A stretch of DNA of 64,000 nt, taken from positions 33,666,001-33,730,000 of the forward strand of contig CM059438.1 of NCBI GenBank assembly GCA_030390025.1, read 5' to 3'. The translations under genes were made by a program, and so were the position numbers. Positions 21,993 through 33,688 of the stretch are shown one piece after another (within the stretch, counting starts at the first letter, position 1; the number at the start of each line of letters is the position of its first letter). The DNA is from Squalus acanthias (lineage: Eukaryota). The notes beneath the pieces are model-generated. The model was not told where the DNA came from. It worked only from the letters and a program-made list of their open reading frames with translations, and ran no database searches.

Positions 21993-23902
21993 ATGGAGAG
22001 GGTGAGAGAACGCGCTCATCGCTTCACCGAGCGGGCCTTGGATGCTCTGGTTGACGCAGTGGAGCGCAGACGATGCATGCTGTTCCCAGAGAGTGGCAGG
22101 AGGCCTTTGCCACGCGAGTTCAGAAGAGTGTGGAGGGAGGTGGCTCAGAGCGTCTCCTCCAGGAGCATGGTGCCCAGGACCCATGTCCAGTGCCGCAAAA
22201 AGTTCAACGACCTCACTCGGGTCGTCAGGGTGAGTGGCTTTTTCTCAATACCTCTCCATCCCTCCATCTCAACCTCACTCTATGGCCAGAGGGTCTTAAA
22301 ACCCCAATGCACAACACTCATCCAACACCTATGGCCCTTTCATCAAACACACACACACATTCCACACTTTGCATACAGTAAGGGCTATTCACCTATGGGA
22401 GGCACATCAGGCAAGACCATGGCTGTATATTGTAAGGGCTATTCACCTATGGGAGGCACATCAGGCAAGACCATGGCTGTATATTGACTCAGATGCTGTC
22501 CTTTTTCTTGCAGGCTAAGCTGGCTCATAATCGGAGACAGCAGCAACGGACGGGTGGAGGGCGGCTTCAGCTGCAACCCCTCAGCGATCTGGAGGAGCGC
22601 GTCCACAGGATTGTGGCAAGCCGGGTGATCGGTCCCGTCGCCACTGGAGACGCCGACCCCGTTGTGGACAGCAATGGTAAGGTCATCACCTTTTTGTCCT
22701 CTGTCCTTCCACTTGTCCCTCACAATACCAGCCTTTGACACTTTCAATCCAACTTGCTAACTCGCTGCACTTATTCCTCCCTTACTGCCACCCTGTCCTC
22801 ACGCTAAAGCCACTCTTGTACCTCCCTGCTTTCAGATGGTGATTCACCAGCTGAGGAGATGGTCCCTGAAGCTGCCACTGGGAGTGATGCTGCAGCTGAG
22901 GAGGAAGAGGAAGCTGGAGCATCAGTGCCACCCTCTCCCGAGGAAGCCCATGGCCACACTGGGAACACGCCTTCCCCGGAGGGGAGCAGGGGGGAAGGGG
23001 CTGATGATGGTGAAGTTCCAGGACCCAGCGGGCTGCAGCAACGCCATGGGGGGGGGAGGGAAGAACGGGGGAGCAGGGGGGAAGGGGCTGATGATGGTGA
23101 AGTTCCAGGACCCAGCGGGCTGCAGCAACGCCATGGGGGGGGGAGGGAAGAACGGGAGCCTTCTCCCCAGAGGGAGAGTATGCCAGACACTCCTAATGCA
23201 ATGGACGCAGAGGAGGAACGGCTGATTGCAGAAATGAACAGCCAGGCGGTGGTCATGCACACTGAGCTCATGGGTGCAGTGGGAAGGGTGCCCGAATGCA
23301 TTGAGGCACTGGCAAGGAGTGTGGAGCACTTCGCTGTAGCACAGGCGGATGCCACACTAAAGCTTACTGCTGCAATTCAGTCACTGGCTGCCAGGAACCC
23401 ATCTGAGCCTGCTCTCATGCAGACTCAGATTGAGGCCACGCGAGCACTGACTGCTGCCATCCTCGATGGTTCGTGCACATGTCCCCGGGGCTGTCACCGC
23501 GCCGCAGCAGGCCAGCAATCTGTTCTCAGGCAAATTGCTCCGGATGCTGAAGTGCTGCCCCGTGGGAGTGCCAGTGTGTCGGGCGAGCAGGGAGTTGCTG
23601 TCCTCTCTCACGATGACAGCATTCCTGCTGCCAACACTGTCACTTCTCCACTGCACTTGCCACCGCCTGTAGGACAGACTGCTGCCGCCCATGCAGAGTT
23701 GGTGCAGTCTGCAGCCGGGCCCTCCAGGCCCAGAAGTGGTCGAGGCCGTCCTTCAGGGGCATCTGCAGTGTCAGGGTCTGACAAGCAGCAGCCTTCCACC
23801 AGCCTTGCTGCAGCCACTGAGGTCCCATTACGGAGGAGCAGTAGGGTTAGAAGGGGGGAAGTGCGCAAGGGAAGGAGATCACCCTCGAAGGGCAAAAAGT
23901 AG
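21993..23902 (+). CDS. Harbinger Myb/SANT-like DNA-binding protein, 3 exons (21993-22229, 22514-22676, 22836-23902; ~488 aa)
   Basis: RFTERALDALV...W..VA...RT..QCRKKFNDL trihelix; GT-AG introns (AGG|GTGAGT, TTGCAG|, G|GTAAGG, TTTCAG|) splice in frame into ORF 22859-23902. Confidence 0.88.
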
Positions 23903-24196
23903 GAGGTGTGCCAAAATGCTGGTCATTTTTTTATTAAAGGCCGAGGTTCATGGCCCAACTTTTGTTTAGTGTTTTGGACATTATCTCCAGGTTGTGAGAA
24001 CCAGTTATGTTATTGACTGTTTTTTTGTGTTTATTTCTATGAGTTTGTCATGAGGAATTGACACACACAGAGTTTGTACAATAAATAAGTTTCTGTATTC
24101 AAAATATACATGGCTGGTGGTTGGAATTATTGGTGCCTTGGCCGGCTTAGGGGTTGCGTGCTGGGTTGAATCGTGTTTGTAGCACTGGCAGGGGCC

Positions 24197-25357
24197 CTAG
24201 AAGCGGCTTGCTATTAGTCGTTGACGGACGGCCCTTGCAGTTTGACCATTGTGGGCCGCCCTCCTGCCTTGGTGCTGCTGCTGATCATCGTCCTCGGCCA
24301 GTTCCTCCTCTTCCTCCTCCTCCTCTTGTGGTGCTGCAAGGCCTGGTGGCATTGGCTGCGTCCTGAGGATTGCCATGTTGTGCAACATGCAGCACACCAC
24401 TACGAATTTGGAAACTTGCTCAGGCGAGTACTGCAGGGCTCCTCCGGAATGGTCCAGACAGCGGAATCGTTGTTTGAGCACGCCGATTGTGCGCTCAATA
24501 ATGTTCCTCGTTGCTTGTTGGCTTTCCTGGTACCGCAGCTCAGCAGGGGTGTTTGGCGCACGGAGCGGTGTCATCAGCCAGGTGCTCAATGCGTACCCCT
24601 TGTCCCCCAGAAGCCAACCGACTGGCTGATGCGGTGCCTCGAAAATTTCTGCCACAGTACTCTGGCGCAGGATGAAAGCATCGTGGCAGCTGCCCGGATA
24701 GTGGGCATTGACAGCGAGAATCACCTGTCTGTGGTCACAGACCAACTGCACATTCAAGGAATGGAACCCTTTTCTGTTCCGGAACTCCTCTGCATTCTCT
24801 CGCGGAGCACGCAAAGCCACATGCGTGCAGTCAATGGCGCCCTGCACCATGGGGAAGCCCGCTACCCTCGCAAAGCCCATAGCACGGTCATGCTGCTTGT
24901 CTGGGGTCATAGGGAAGGAGATGAAGTCTCGTCTCCTTGTGAAGAGGGCATTGGTGACCTGCCGGATGCAGCGATGCACCGCAAACTGGGAGATATTGGC
25001 GAGGTCCCCAACAGCAGCTTGGAATGAGCCAGTGGCGTAGAAGTTCAAGGCCACTGTGACCTTCACTGCCACCGACAGAGACGTCCTGGACCTCAGCTGA
25101 GGCTGCAGATCTGGCTGCAGCAGGTGGCAGAGCTCAGTGACCACCTCCTTGCTGAATCGCAGCCTTCGCAAACACAGCTCCTCGGACATGTGGATGTAGG
25201 AGAGCTGTTCACGATATACCCTGGGAGGGTAAGCTCTCCTGTACATGCGCCTGATGGGCCTCCTCCGTCTGGCCATCATTGCCACTCTCTGTCTGCGTCT
25301 CACTCTGCTCCGATTGAGCTGGAGCAGGACGACGCCCCCAATCATTGCAGCCCCCAT
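24197..25357 (-). CDS. Harbinger DDE transposase (HARBI1-like), 386 aa
   Basis: GAIDCTHV, NRKGFHSLNVQLVCD, YPGSCHDAF, LLGDKGY, IERTIGVLKQRFRCL; no interruption. Confidence 0.96.
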   Translation of the reverse strand: MGAAMIGGVVLLQLNRSRVRRRQRVAMMARRRRPIRRMYRRAYPPRVYREQLSYIHMSEELCLRRLRFSKEVVTELCHLLQPDLQPQLRSRTSLSVAVKVTVALNFYATGSFQAAVGDLANISQFAVHRCIRQVTNALFTRRRDFISFPMTPDKQHDRAMGFARVAGFPMVQGAIDCTHVALRAPRENAEEFRNRKGFHSLNVQLVCDHRQVILAVNAHYPGSCHDAFILRQSTVAEIFEAPHQPVGWLLGDKGYALSTWLMTPLRAPNTPAELRYQESQQATRNIIERTIGVLKQRFRCLDHSGGALQYSPEQVSKFVVVCCMLHNMAILRTQPMPPGLAAPQEEEEEEEELAEDDDQQQHQGRRAAHNGQTARAVRQRLIASRF

Positions 25358-26964
25358 CTTCTCTTTGCCAGAAAAGTAATGAGGTACAGCAACGAAAGTA
25401 GCAGCAAAGTTAGGATGAACTAGGCAAAACTACCTCACAAAGCGTTGAGTCAATGTAGAAGTCTCTCTCTCTCTCTCTCCGAATCTCTCTCTCTCTCTCA
25501 GAACGAGTGGTGCATAAATGTCGACCACAGAAAAAGACAGGAAGAGGCCCCCTTTAAATAGCGCCCCCCCCAGCCCCAGACCGATTGATAACGTTCCAGT
25601 CTTCCGGTCGTTGGAAGCGCCAGGCGGTAAGGCAGGGGGCGCCACTCAATTTCCGCTCCGGGGCGCCCCAAGGCGTTGCACCACGGACTGACGTCACAAT
25701 CTGCGCGCGCAGGTGGTCGCAGCGGTAAGTTTTAGCGCCGCCGCACAATCTCAAGTTAAGTTCTCGAGCGGCGCAAACAGCGCCGCGCCCGGGCGTTAGC
25801 GCCTTAACGCCCCATTAGCGCCCATTTAAGGCGCTAACGGGAGGCGCAACCAACTGAATTTTTACCCCCAAGGGTTTTATCCTCTTTGAGTTTCATTAGT
25901 TTATTTAGTATATCTCCTCGTTTTATTTCAAATGCAGTTAACTCATTACAAATCTCATCATCCAATGTCAACTCCACCTGTTCTATCTCCCTGGTAAATA
26001 CTGAAGCAAAGTAATTATTTACTATCTCTGCCATCTCTCTATTGCTGCCTGTGGTATTATGCTGTCCATCCCTTAGTGGCCCTTTTCCCATCTCGACCTT
26101 CCTTTTTTTACTGATGTGCCTGTAAAATATTTTACTATTTTGTTTTATGTTCCTTGATAATTTAATTTCATAGTTCCTCTTTGCCTTCCTAATTGTTTTT
26201 TTGACTTCTCTCCTACTCCCTTCATATTCTCTCTTATCATGCACTCCCCTGCTGTCTATGTACTTAATGTATGCCTCTTTCCTTACCCTCAATTTTTCCA
26301 TTATGGCTTTATTCATCCACGTTGTCTCATTAGTGTTTAGCTTGTTCTTGTTTTTTAGCAGAATATATTTTTCCTGGACTCTGTTGAGACCATTTTTAAT
26401 GTTTCCAATTGCTGTTCTACATCATTGTTTGCCAATACTTTTGTCCATTTTATTTTCCCAAGTTCTATTCTCAGCCCCTCAAAATCAGTTTTTCTTCAAT
26501 CTATTAATCTGGTCTTTGTCATACCTATGTCCTTCTCAATTATTATCTTAAAGTGTATTATATTATGGTCACTATTGCCTAGATGTTCCCCTACTTTTAC
26601 TTCTCTTATCTGCTCTCGTTCATTCCCCACTACTAGATTACATTACATTATTTGAGTTTACCTTTCCAAGCATCAACAACACCAACATAGTAAAATTATT
26701 TACTGTTACTGCAATCAACGTAGGCGGACTAACACACAAAAGGATAGAGTTTCATTGTTAATTTACTGCAGAATATCCATCAGATTACTTTATTGGCATT
26801 TAAAGACTAAAAATGTATCACAGTTTGATAGATAGGTATGGCAGATATCGTGGGATATGCTATTTCATGACACTGGAATCAATCAGTTGGACCTGAAATG
26901 TCTTTACTGCTCCTGTAACCTTTCTACATTCTTATCTACTATGTTGGTGACCTGGCCACATGGT

Positions 26965-27096
26965 GGGGTAGATTTTTAACTCGCCACCCGTGTATAAATC
27001 TGATTTGTGGATCAGCCACTCGTGATATAAATCACCCAGTTTTCGATTCCATTGATTACCGTTTTACACCCGGGTGGCAAGTTGAAACTATACTTC
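26965..27096. mobile_element. Old ~130-bp palindromic MITE with a Harbinger-like end
   Basis: GGGGTAGATTTTTAACTCGCCACCCGTGTA pairs with TACACCCGGGTGGCAAGTTGAAACTATACTTC. Confidence 0.55.
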
Positions 27097-27546
27097 CGTA
27101 ATCTGTAGTTTCAGGATTACAATTTCTCACTGAATTATAGCTTCTACCAGAGATCACGAGAATATCTGGTGTCAGGAATGGAAAGTGGATATCTTTATAT
27201 GAAGTAAAAGGGTTGAGGTCTTGCAGTCAGAGTTTCTGCAGTTTGGGATGAAATTAAAGAGCAGGAACTCAAAGGTCGTAATCCTACTCCCAGTGCCACA
27301 TGCTAGTAAGTATAGGAATAGTAGGATAAGAAAGGTTAACATGTGGCTGGAGAAATGGTGCAGAAGGGAGGACTTCAGATTCCTAAGGCATTGGGACCAG
27401 TTCCGGCGACAGGAGGGACTTGTTCAAGGTGGACAGGTTGCACCTTAGCAGAGTTCAGACCAATGTCAGTGCGGAAAGGTTAACTAGTGCTGTGGGGGAG
27501 GGTTTAAACTAATTTTGCAGGAGGATGGGCACCAGGATGAAACAAT

Positions 27547-27989
27547 GGCCCAGAAATTGATCTCGCTCTGTTCCCGCGGGGGTAAGCCTTCCCCGCGATC
27601 TCTCACTCCGCTTGTGCTTTTTCAGATCCAGCTCGCACGAACTTGATGTTCCAGACATCAGCTGGGCAGTGCTTGCGTATCCCACCGGCGTAGTGAATTC
27701 GTGCGAGCTGTGGGATCACGTGACTCAGTTAGAGCCAATGGCAGCACACCATCTTCCATTCATAAGTTTCACATACGTGCTGTGAAATCTATGAATCTTA
27801 CACCCCCCCAAAATAACAGCTAAACCTCAATTAAATTTAAAAAAAAAACCATCACATTAATAAAATAAGTATAGTTAAATAAATTAACCATTTTAAATAA
27901 AAAATTAAATTTTTGAAAAAATTTAAAATCTTTTAAAAAGTTATAAAAATAAACTTACCTGTCTTTAAAGTCTCTAAAAAAGATATACC
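27547..27989. mobile_element. One-ended copy of the GGCCC Harbinger-like element
   Basis: Starts AAT|GGCCCAGAAATT, matches 19865-20305 and the reverse of 61299 inward; second TIR is missing. Confidence 0.85.
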
Positions 27990-29651
27990 CATTAGCACTA
28001 GAGAAAAGAATAGTTCAGAAATAGGAGGGATCAGACAGGGGGCAAATGCGAGGTAGTTCAAGATGAGTTTGGAGTGCATGTGCATAAATGCACATAGCGT
28101 GGTAAATAAAGTTGGTGAGCTGCAGACACACGTCGCCACATGGGAGTATGATATAATGGCAATAATAAAAACCTGGCTCAGAGAGGGGGAGGATTGGGAA
28201 CTTAATATTCCTGGCTACAAGGTATTCATGAAAGAAAGGGAAGGAAAAAAGGAAGGGGGGGGCAGTATTGATCAAAAAACTATTATAGCAGCAGAGTGGG
28301 ATGATGTAGTTGAGGGGTCAAAGACATAATCTATTTGGTTAGAATTAAGGACCAATAGAGGAGCTGTTACACTACTGGATGTATACTATAGGTCACCAAA
28401 TATGGGAAGGAGATACAGCAACAAACTTGCAGGCAAATTACAGAAAAATGCAAGAACTACAGTGTAGTGATATACACTGGGATCGTAACCGTGTAAAGGG
28501 CAAAGAGAGAGAGAAATTCCTGAAATGTGTACAAGAGAACTTTCTTGATCAGTGTATATCCAGCCCAATGAGTGCTAGATCTAGTTCTGAGGAATGAATT
28601 GGGGCAAGTGGCACATGTTTCAGTGGGGAGCATTTAGGGAACAGTGATCATAATATCATCAGGTATAGAATAGTTATGGAAAAGGACAAAGAATAATAAG
28701 AACATAAGAACATAAGAAATAGGAGCAGAAGTAGGCCATTTGGCCCTTTGAGCTTGCTCCGCCATGGCTGATCTTCTACATCATCTCCACTTTCCTGCAC
28801 TATCCCCATATCCCTTGATTCCCTTAATATTCAAAAATGTATCGATCCCCGTCTTGAATATACTCAACGACTGAGCCTCCACAGCCCTCTGGGGTAGAGA
28901 ATTCCAAAGATTCACCACAATTTGTGTGAAGAAATTTCTTCTCATCTCAGTCCTAAATGGCTGACCCCTTATTCTGAGACTGTGACCCCTGGTTCTAGAC
29001 TCCCCAGCCAGGTGAAACATCCTCCCTGCATCTACTCTGTCAAGCCCTGTAAGAATTTTGTATGTTTCAATGAGATCACCTCTCATTCTTCTAAACTCTA
29101 GAGAATATAGGCCTAATCTACTCAGCCTCTGCTCATAGGACAATCCCCCCATCCCAGGAACCAGTCTGGTGAACCTTTGTTGCACTCCCTCTATGGCAAG
29201 TATATCCTTCCTTAGGTAAGGAGACCAAAACTGTACACAATACTCCAGGTGTGGTCTCACCAGGGCCCTATATAACTGCAGTAAGACATCTTGGGGGAAA
29301 AATTAGGTCGCGCCCCATTTGGGGCGCAAATATCGTCTAGACGCAAAAATTAGAGCCTGGCGCTAATTATCGCCACTGACTGGAAACTTCACTTTTACCG
29401 CCCCGGGAGGTGAGTGGAGCGCTAAATCAGGCGCTGCACACCTGTCTTAAGGCGCAAAGGCCGAGCAGTGAGGCGCTAACTCAGCGCGCGAGCACAGCGC
29501 AGGTGCTGCCAGTTAGCGAGGGAACACAGACACACTGGCGCCGGCCAGTTCTTAAAGGGGGGGGGGCCAACTTGCTCCCCAGCCACACCCTGCTCATTGC
29601 AGCCTTGAATCTCGGCCTGGAGAGACCTGTGAATCCATTTTGCTGCCAAGG

Positions 29652-31525
29652 ATGGAGAGGGTGAGAGAACGAGCTCAGCGCTTCACCGAGCGGGCCTTGG
29701 ATGCTCTGGTTGGCGCGGTGGAGCGCAGAAGATCTATACTCTTCCCTGAGAGTGGCAGGAGGCCTTTGCCACGCGAGTACAGAAGAGTGTGGAGGGAGGT
29801 GGCTCAGAGCGTCTCCTCCAGGAGCATGGTGCCCAGGACCCATGTTCAATGCTGCAAAAAGTTCAACGACCTCACTCGGGTCGTCAGGGTGAGTGGCTTT
29901 TTCTCAATACCTCTCCATCCCTCCATCTCAACCTCACTCTATGGCCAGAGGGTCTTAAAACCCCAATGACAACACTCATCCAACACCTATGGCCCTTTCA
30001 TGAAACACACACACACATTCCACACTTTGCATACAGTAAGGGCTATTCACCTATGGGAGGCACATCAGGCAAGACCATGGCTGCATACAGTAAGGGCTAT
30101 TCACCTATGGGAGGCACATCAGGCAAGACCATGGCTGCATACAGTAAGGGCTATTCAGCTATGGGAGGCACATCAGGCAAGACCATGGCTGTATATTTAC
30201 TCAGATGCTGTCCTTTTTCTTGCAGGCCAAGCTGGCGCATAATCGGAGACAGCAGCAACGGACAGGTGGAGGGCAGCCTCAGCTGCAACCCCTCAGCGAT
30301 CTTGAGGAGCGCGTCCACAGGATTGTGGCAAGCCGGGTGATCGGTCCCGTCGCCACTGGAGACGCCGACCCCGTTCTGGACAGCAATGGTAAGGTCATCA
30401 CCTTTTTGTCCTCTGTCCTTCCACTTGTCCCTCACAACACCAGCCTTTGACACCTTTCAATCCAACTTGCTAACTCGCTGCACTTATTCCTCCCTTACTG
30501 CCACCCTGTCCTCACGCTAAAGCCACTCTTGTACCTCCCTGCTTTCAGATGGTGATTCACCAGCTGAGGAGACGGGCCCTGAAGCTGCCAGTGGGAGTGA
30601 AGCTGCAGCCGAGGAGGAAGAGGAAGCCGGAGCATCAGTGCCACCCTCTCCCGAGGAAGCCCATGCCCACACTGGGAACACGCCTTCCCTGGAGGGGAGC
30701 AGGGGGGAAGGGTCTGATGAGGGTGAAGCTCCAGGACCCAGCGGGCTGCAGCAACGCCATGGGGGTAGGGAAGAACGGGGGCCTTCTCTTCAGAGGGAGA
30801 GTATGCCAGCGACTCCTACTGCAATGGACGCAGAGGAGGAGCGGCTGATCGCAGAAATGAACACCCAGGCGGTGGGCATGCACACTGAGCTCATGGGTGC
30901 AGTGGGAAGGGTGCCCGAATGCATTGAGTCACTGGCAAGGAGTGTGGAGCACTTCGCTGTAGCACAGGCGGATGCCACACTAATGCTTAGTGCTGCAATT
31001 CAGTCACTGACTGCCGTGATCCCATCTCTGACTGCTCTCATGCAGACTCAGATTGAGGCCACGCGAGCACTGACTGCTGCCAACCTCGATGGTTCATTCA
31101 CATGTCCCCGGGGCTCTCACCGCGCCGCAGCAGGCCAGCAATCTGTGCTCCAGCAGATTGCTCCGGATGCTGAAGTGCTGCCCCGTGGGAGTGCCAGTGT
31201 GTCAGTCGAGCAAGGAGTTGCTGTCCTCTCTCACGATGACAGCATTCCTGCTGCCAACACTGTCACTTCTCCACTGCACTTGCCACCGCCTGTAGGACAG
31301 ACTGCTGCTGCCCATGCAGAGTTGGTGCAGTCTGCAGCCGGGCCCTCCAGGCCCAGAACTGGTCGAGGCCGTCCTTCAGGGGCATCTGCAGTGTCAGGGT
31401 CTGACAATCAGCAGCCTTCCACCAGCCTTGCTGCAGCCACTGAGGTCCCATTACGGAGGAGCAGTAGGGTTAGAAGTGGGGAAGTGCGCAAGGGAAGGAG
31501 ATCACCCTCGAAGGGCAAAAAGTAG
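29652..31525 (+). CDS. Harbinger Myb/SANT-like protein, 3 exons (29652-29888, 30226-30388, 30549-31525; ~458 aa)
   Basis: Same exon structure and splice sites as copy A; in frame with ORF 30638-31525. Confidence 0.86.
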
Positions 31526-31911
31526 GAGGTGTGACAAAATGCTGGTCATTTTTTTATTAAAGGCCGAGGTTCGTGGTCCAACTTTTGTCTAGTGTTTTGG
31601 ACATTATCTCCAGGTTGTGAGAACCAGTTATGTTAATGACTGTTTTTTTGTGTTTATTTCTATGAGTTTGTCATGAGGAAATGACACACACAGAGTTTGT
31701 AAAATAAATAAGTTTTTGTATTCAAAATATACATGTTTGGTGTTTGGAATCATTGGTGCCTTGGCCGGCTTAGGGGTTGCGTGCTGGGTTCATTGATGTT
31801 GTTAGCAATGGCAGAAGCCATTTCCACAGCAGGGGCCCTAGAAGCGGCTTGCTATCAGCCGTTGACGGACGGCCCTTGCAGTTTCACCATTGTGGGCCGC
31901 CCTCCCGCCTT

Positions 31912-32336
31912 GGGGCTGCTCTTTCAAAACTGAGATGAGGAGGAACTACTTCACTCAGAGGGTGGTAGGTCCATGGAATATGCTGCCACAAAAAGCTGTA
32001 GAAGCTACATCATTAAATAAATTTAAAACAGAAATAGACAGTTTCCTAGAAGTAAAGGGCATTAAGGGTTACGGGGAGCGGGCAGGAATTTGGACATGAG
32101 TCTAGGTTCGGATCGGTCATGGCCCTGTGGGTAGTGGAGCGGGCCCAGGGACCGTGTAGCCTGATTCTGCTCCTATTTCGTGTGTGCAATTCTGTTAGAT
32201 GCAGGAGATGGTTCTGTGATAGTAGATAGTAGATTGGCGGTTAGGATCAGATCAGCCATGATCTTATTGAATGGCGGAGCAGGCTCGAGGGGCCGATTGG
32301 CCTACTCCTGCTCCTATTTCTTATGTTCTTATGTTC
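31912..32336 (+). mobile_element. 5'-truncated CR1 (3' end) inserted in the Harbinger B transposase
   Basis: FKTEMRRNYFTQRVV and a TTCTTATG tail; near-identical to 34282-34704. Confidence 0.92.
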
Positions 32337-33401
32337 CTCGTCCTCTTCCTCCTCTTCCTCCTCCTCCTCTGGTGGTGCTCCAAGGCCTGGTGGCATTGGC
32401 TGGGTCCTGACGATTGCCATGTTATGCAACATGCAGCACACAACTACGAAGTTGGATACTCGCTCAGGCGAGTACTGCAGGGCTCCTCCAGAATGGTCGA
32501 GACAGCGGAACCGTTGCTTCAGCACGCCGATTGTGCGCTCAATGATGTTCCTGGTAGCTTGATGGCTCTCGTTGTACCGCAGCTCAGCAGGGGTGTTGGG
32601 CGTACGGAGCGGTGTCATCAGCCAGGTGCTCAATGGATACCCCTTGTCCCCGAGAAGCCAACCAACTGGCTGATGCGGTGCCTCGAAAAGTTCTGCCACA
32701 GTAGTCTGGCGCAGGATGAAAGCATCGTGGCAGCTGCCAGGATAGTGGGCATTGACAGCGAGTATCAGCTGTCTGTGGTCACAGACCAACTGAACATTCA
32801 ACGAATGGAACCCCTTTCTGTTCCGGAATTCCTCGGCATTCTCATGTGGAGCACGCAAAGCCACATGCGTGCAGTCAATGGCGCCCTGCACCATGGGGAA
32901 GCCCGCTATCCTCGCAAAGCCCAGAGCGCGGTCACGCTGCTTGTCTGGGGTCATGGGGAAAGAGATGAACTCTCGTCTCCTTTTAAAGAGGGCATTTGTG
33001 ACCTGCCGGATGCAGCAATGCACCGCGAACTGGGAGATATTGGCGAGGTCCCCAGCAGCAGCTTGAAATGAGCCAGTAGCATAGAAGTTGAGAGCCACTG
33101 TGACCTTCACTGCCACCGACAGAGACGTCCTGGACCTCAGTTGAGGCTGCAGATCTGGCTGCAGCAGGCGGCAGAGCTCAGTGACCACCTCCTTGCTGAA
33201 TCGCAGCCTTCGCAAACACAGCTCCTCAGACATATGAATGTAGGAGAGCTGTTCACGATATACCCTGGGAGGGTAAGCTCTCCTGTACAGACGCCTGTTG
33301 GCCCTCCTCCGTCTGGCCATCATTGCCACTCTCTCTCTGCGTCTCTGTGTCCTCCGATTCAGCTGGAGCAGGACGACGCCCCCATTCAGTGCAGCCCCCA
33401 T
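32247..33401 (-). CDS. Harbinger DDE transposase (HARBI1-like) with its native C-terminus replaced by antisense CR1 tail sequence
   Basis: All DDE motifs intact; after the acidic tract the ORF reads HKNIRNRSRSRP...SWLI* from the CR1 insert; the native C-terminus lies at ~31838-31911. Confidence 0.88.
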   Translation of the reverse strand: MGAALNGGVVLLQLNRRTQRRRERVAMMARRRRANRRLYRRAYPPRVYREQLSYIHMSEELCLRRLRFSKEVVTELCRLLQPDLQPQLRSRTSLSVAVKVTVALNFYATGSFQAAAGDLANISQFAVHCCIRQVTNALFKRRREFISFPMTPDKQRDRALGFARIAGFPMVQGAIDCTHVALRAPHENAEEFRNRKGFHSLNVQLVCDHRQLILAVNAHYPGSCHDAFILRQTTVAELFEAPHQPVGWLLGDKGYPLSTWLMTPLRTPNTPAELRYNESHQATRNIIERTIGVLKQRFRCLDHSGGALQYSPERVSNFVVVCCMLHNMAIVRTQPMPPGLGAPPEEEEEEEEEDEEHKNIRNRSRSRPIGPSSLLRHSIRSWLI

Positions 33402-33688
33402 AGTCTCTTTGCAAGCAAAGTTATGAAGGACAGCAACCAAAGTACCAGCGAAGTTAGGATCAGTAGGCAAAACTACCTCACAAAACGTTGACTCAATGCA
33501 GAAGTCTCTCTTTCTCTCTCTCCGAATCTCTCTCTCTCTCTCAGAACGAGTGGTGCAAAAATGTCAACCACAGAAAAAGACAGGAAGAGGCCCCCTTTAA
33601 ATAGCGCCCCCCCCCCAGCCCCACAGCGATTGATAGCGTTCCAGTCTTCCGGTCGTTGGATGCGCCAGGCGGTAAGGCAGGGGGCGCC

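Larger units (their letters stand above)
21636..25868. mobile_element. PIF/Harbinger DNA transposon copy A, apparently intact and autonomous (4233 bp)
   Basis: TIRs GGGGTAGAAATT / AATTTTTACCCC; TSD CAA; convergent Myb/SANT gene (+) and HARBI1-like transposase (-). Confidence 0.96.
18622..26636 (-). mobile_element. CR1 LINE host (ORF2 and tail) carrying three Harbinger-family insertions
   Basis: CR1 ORF pieces 19683-19864, 20694-21230, 21250-21552, 25872-26316; 3' UTR at ~18622-18720. Confidence 0.9.

Noticed and set aside
24221-25027. Long antisense ORF over the transposase (also 32271-33071)
   Set aside because: Shadow of a GC-rich coding strand; no recognisable domain, and the two copies are too similar to show independent constraint.
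24197-25357. Domesticated host genes HARBI1 / NAIF1 / MSANTD
   Set aside because: The genes lie between TIRs with TSDs and occur in several copies inserted in LINEs, so they are transposon genes; no host symbol assigned.
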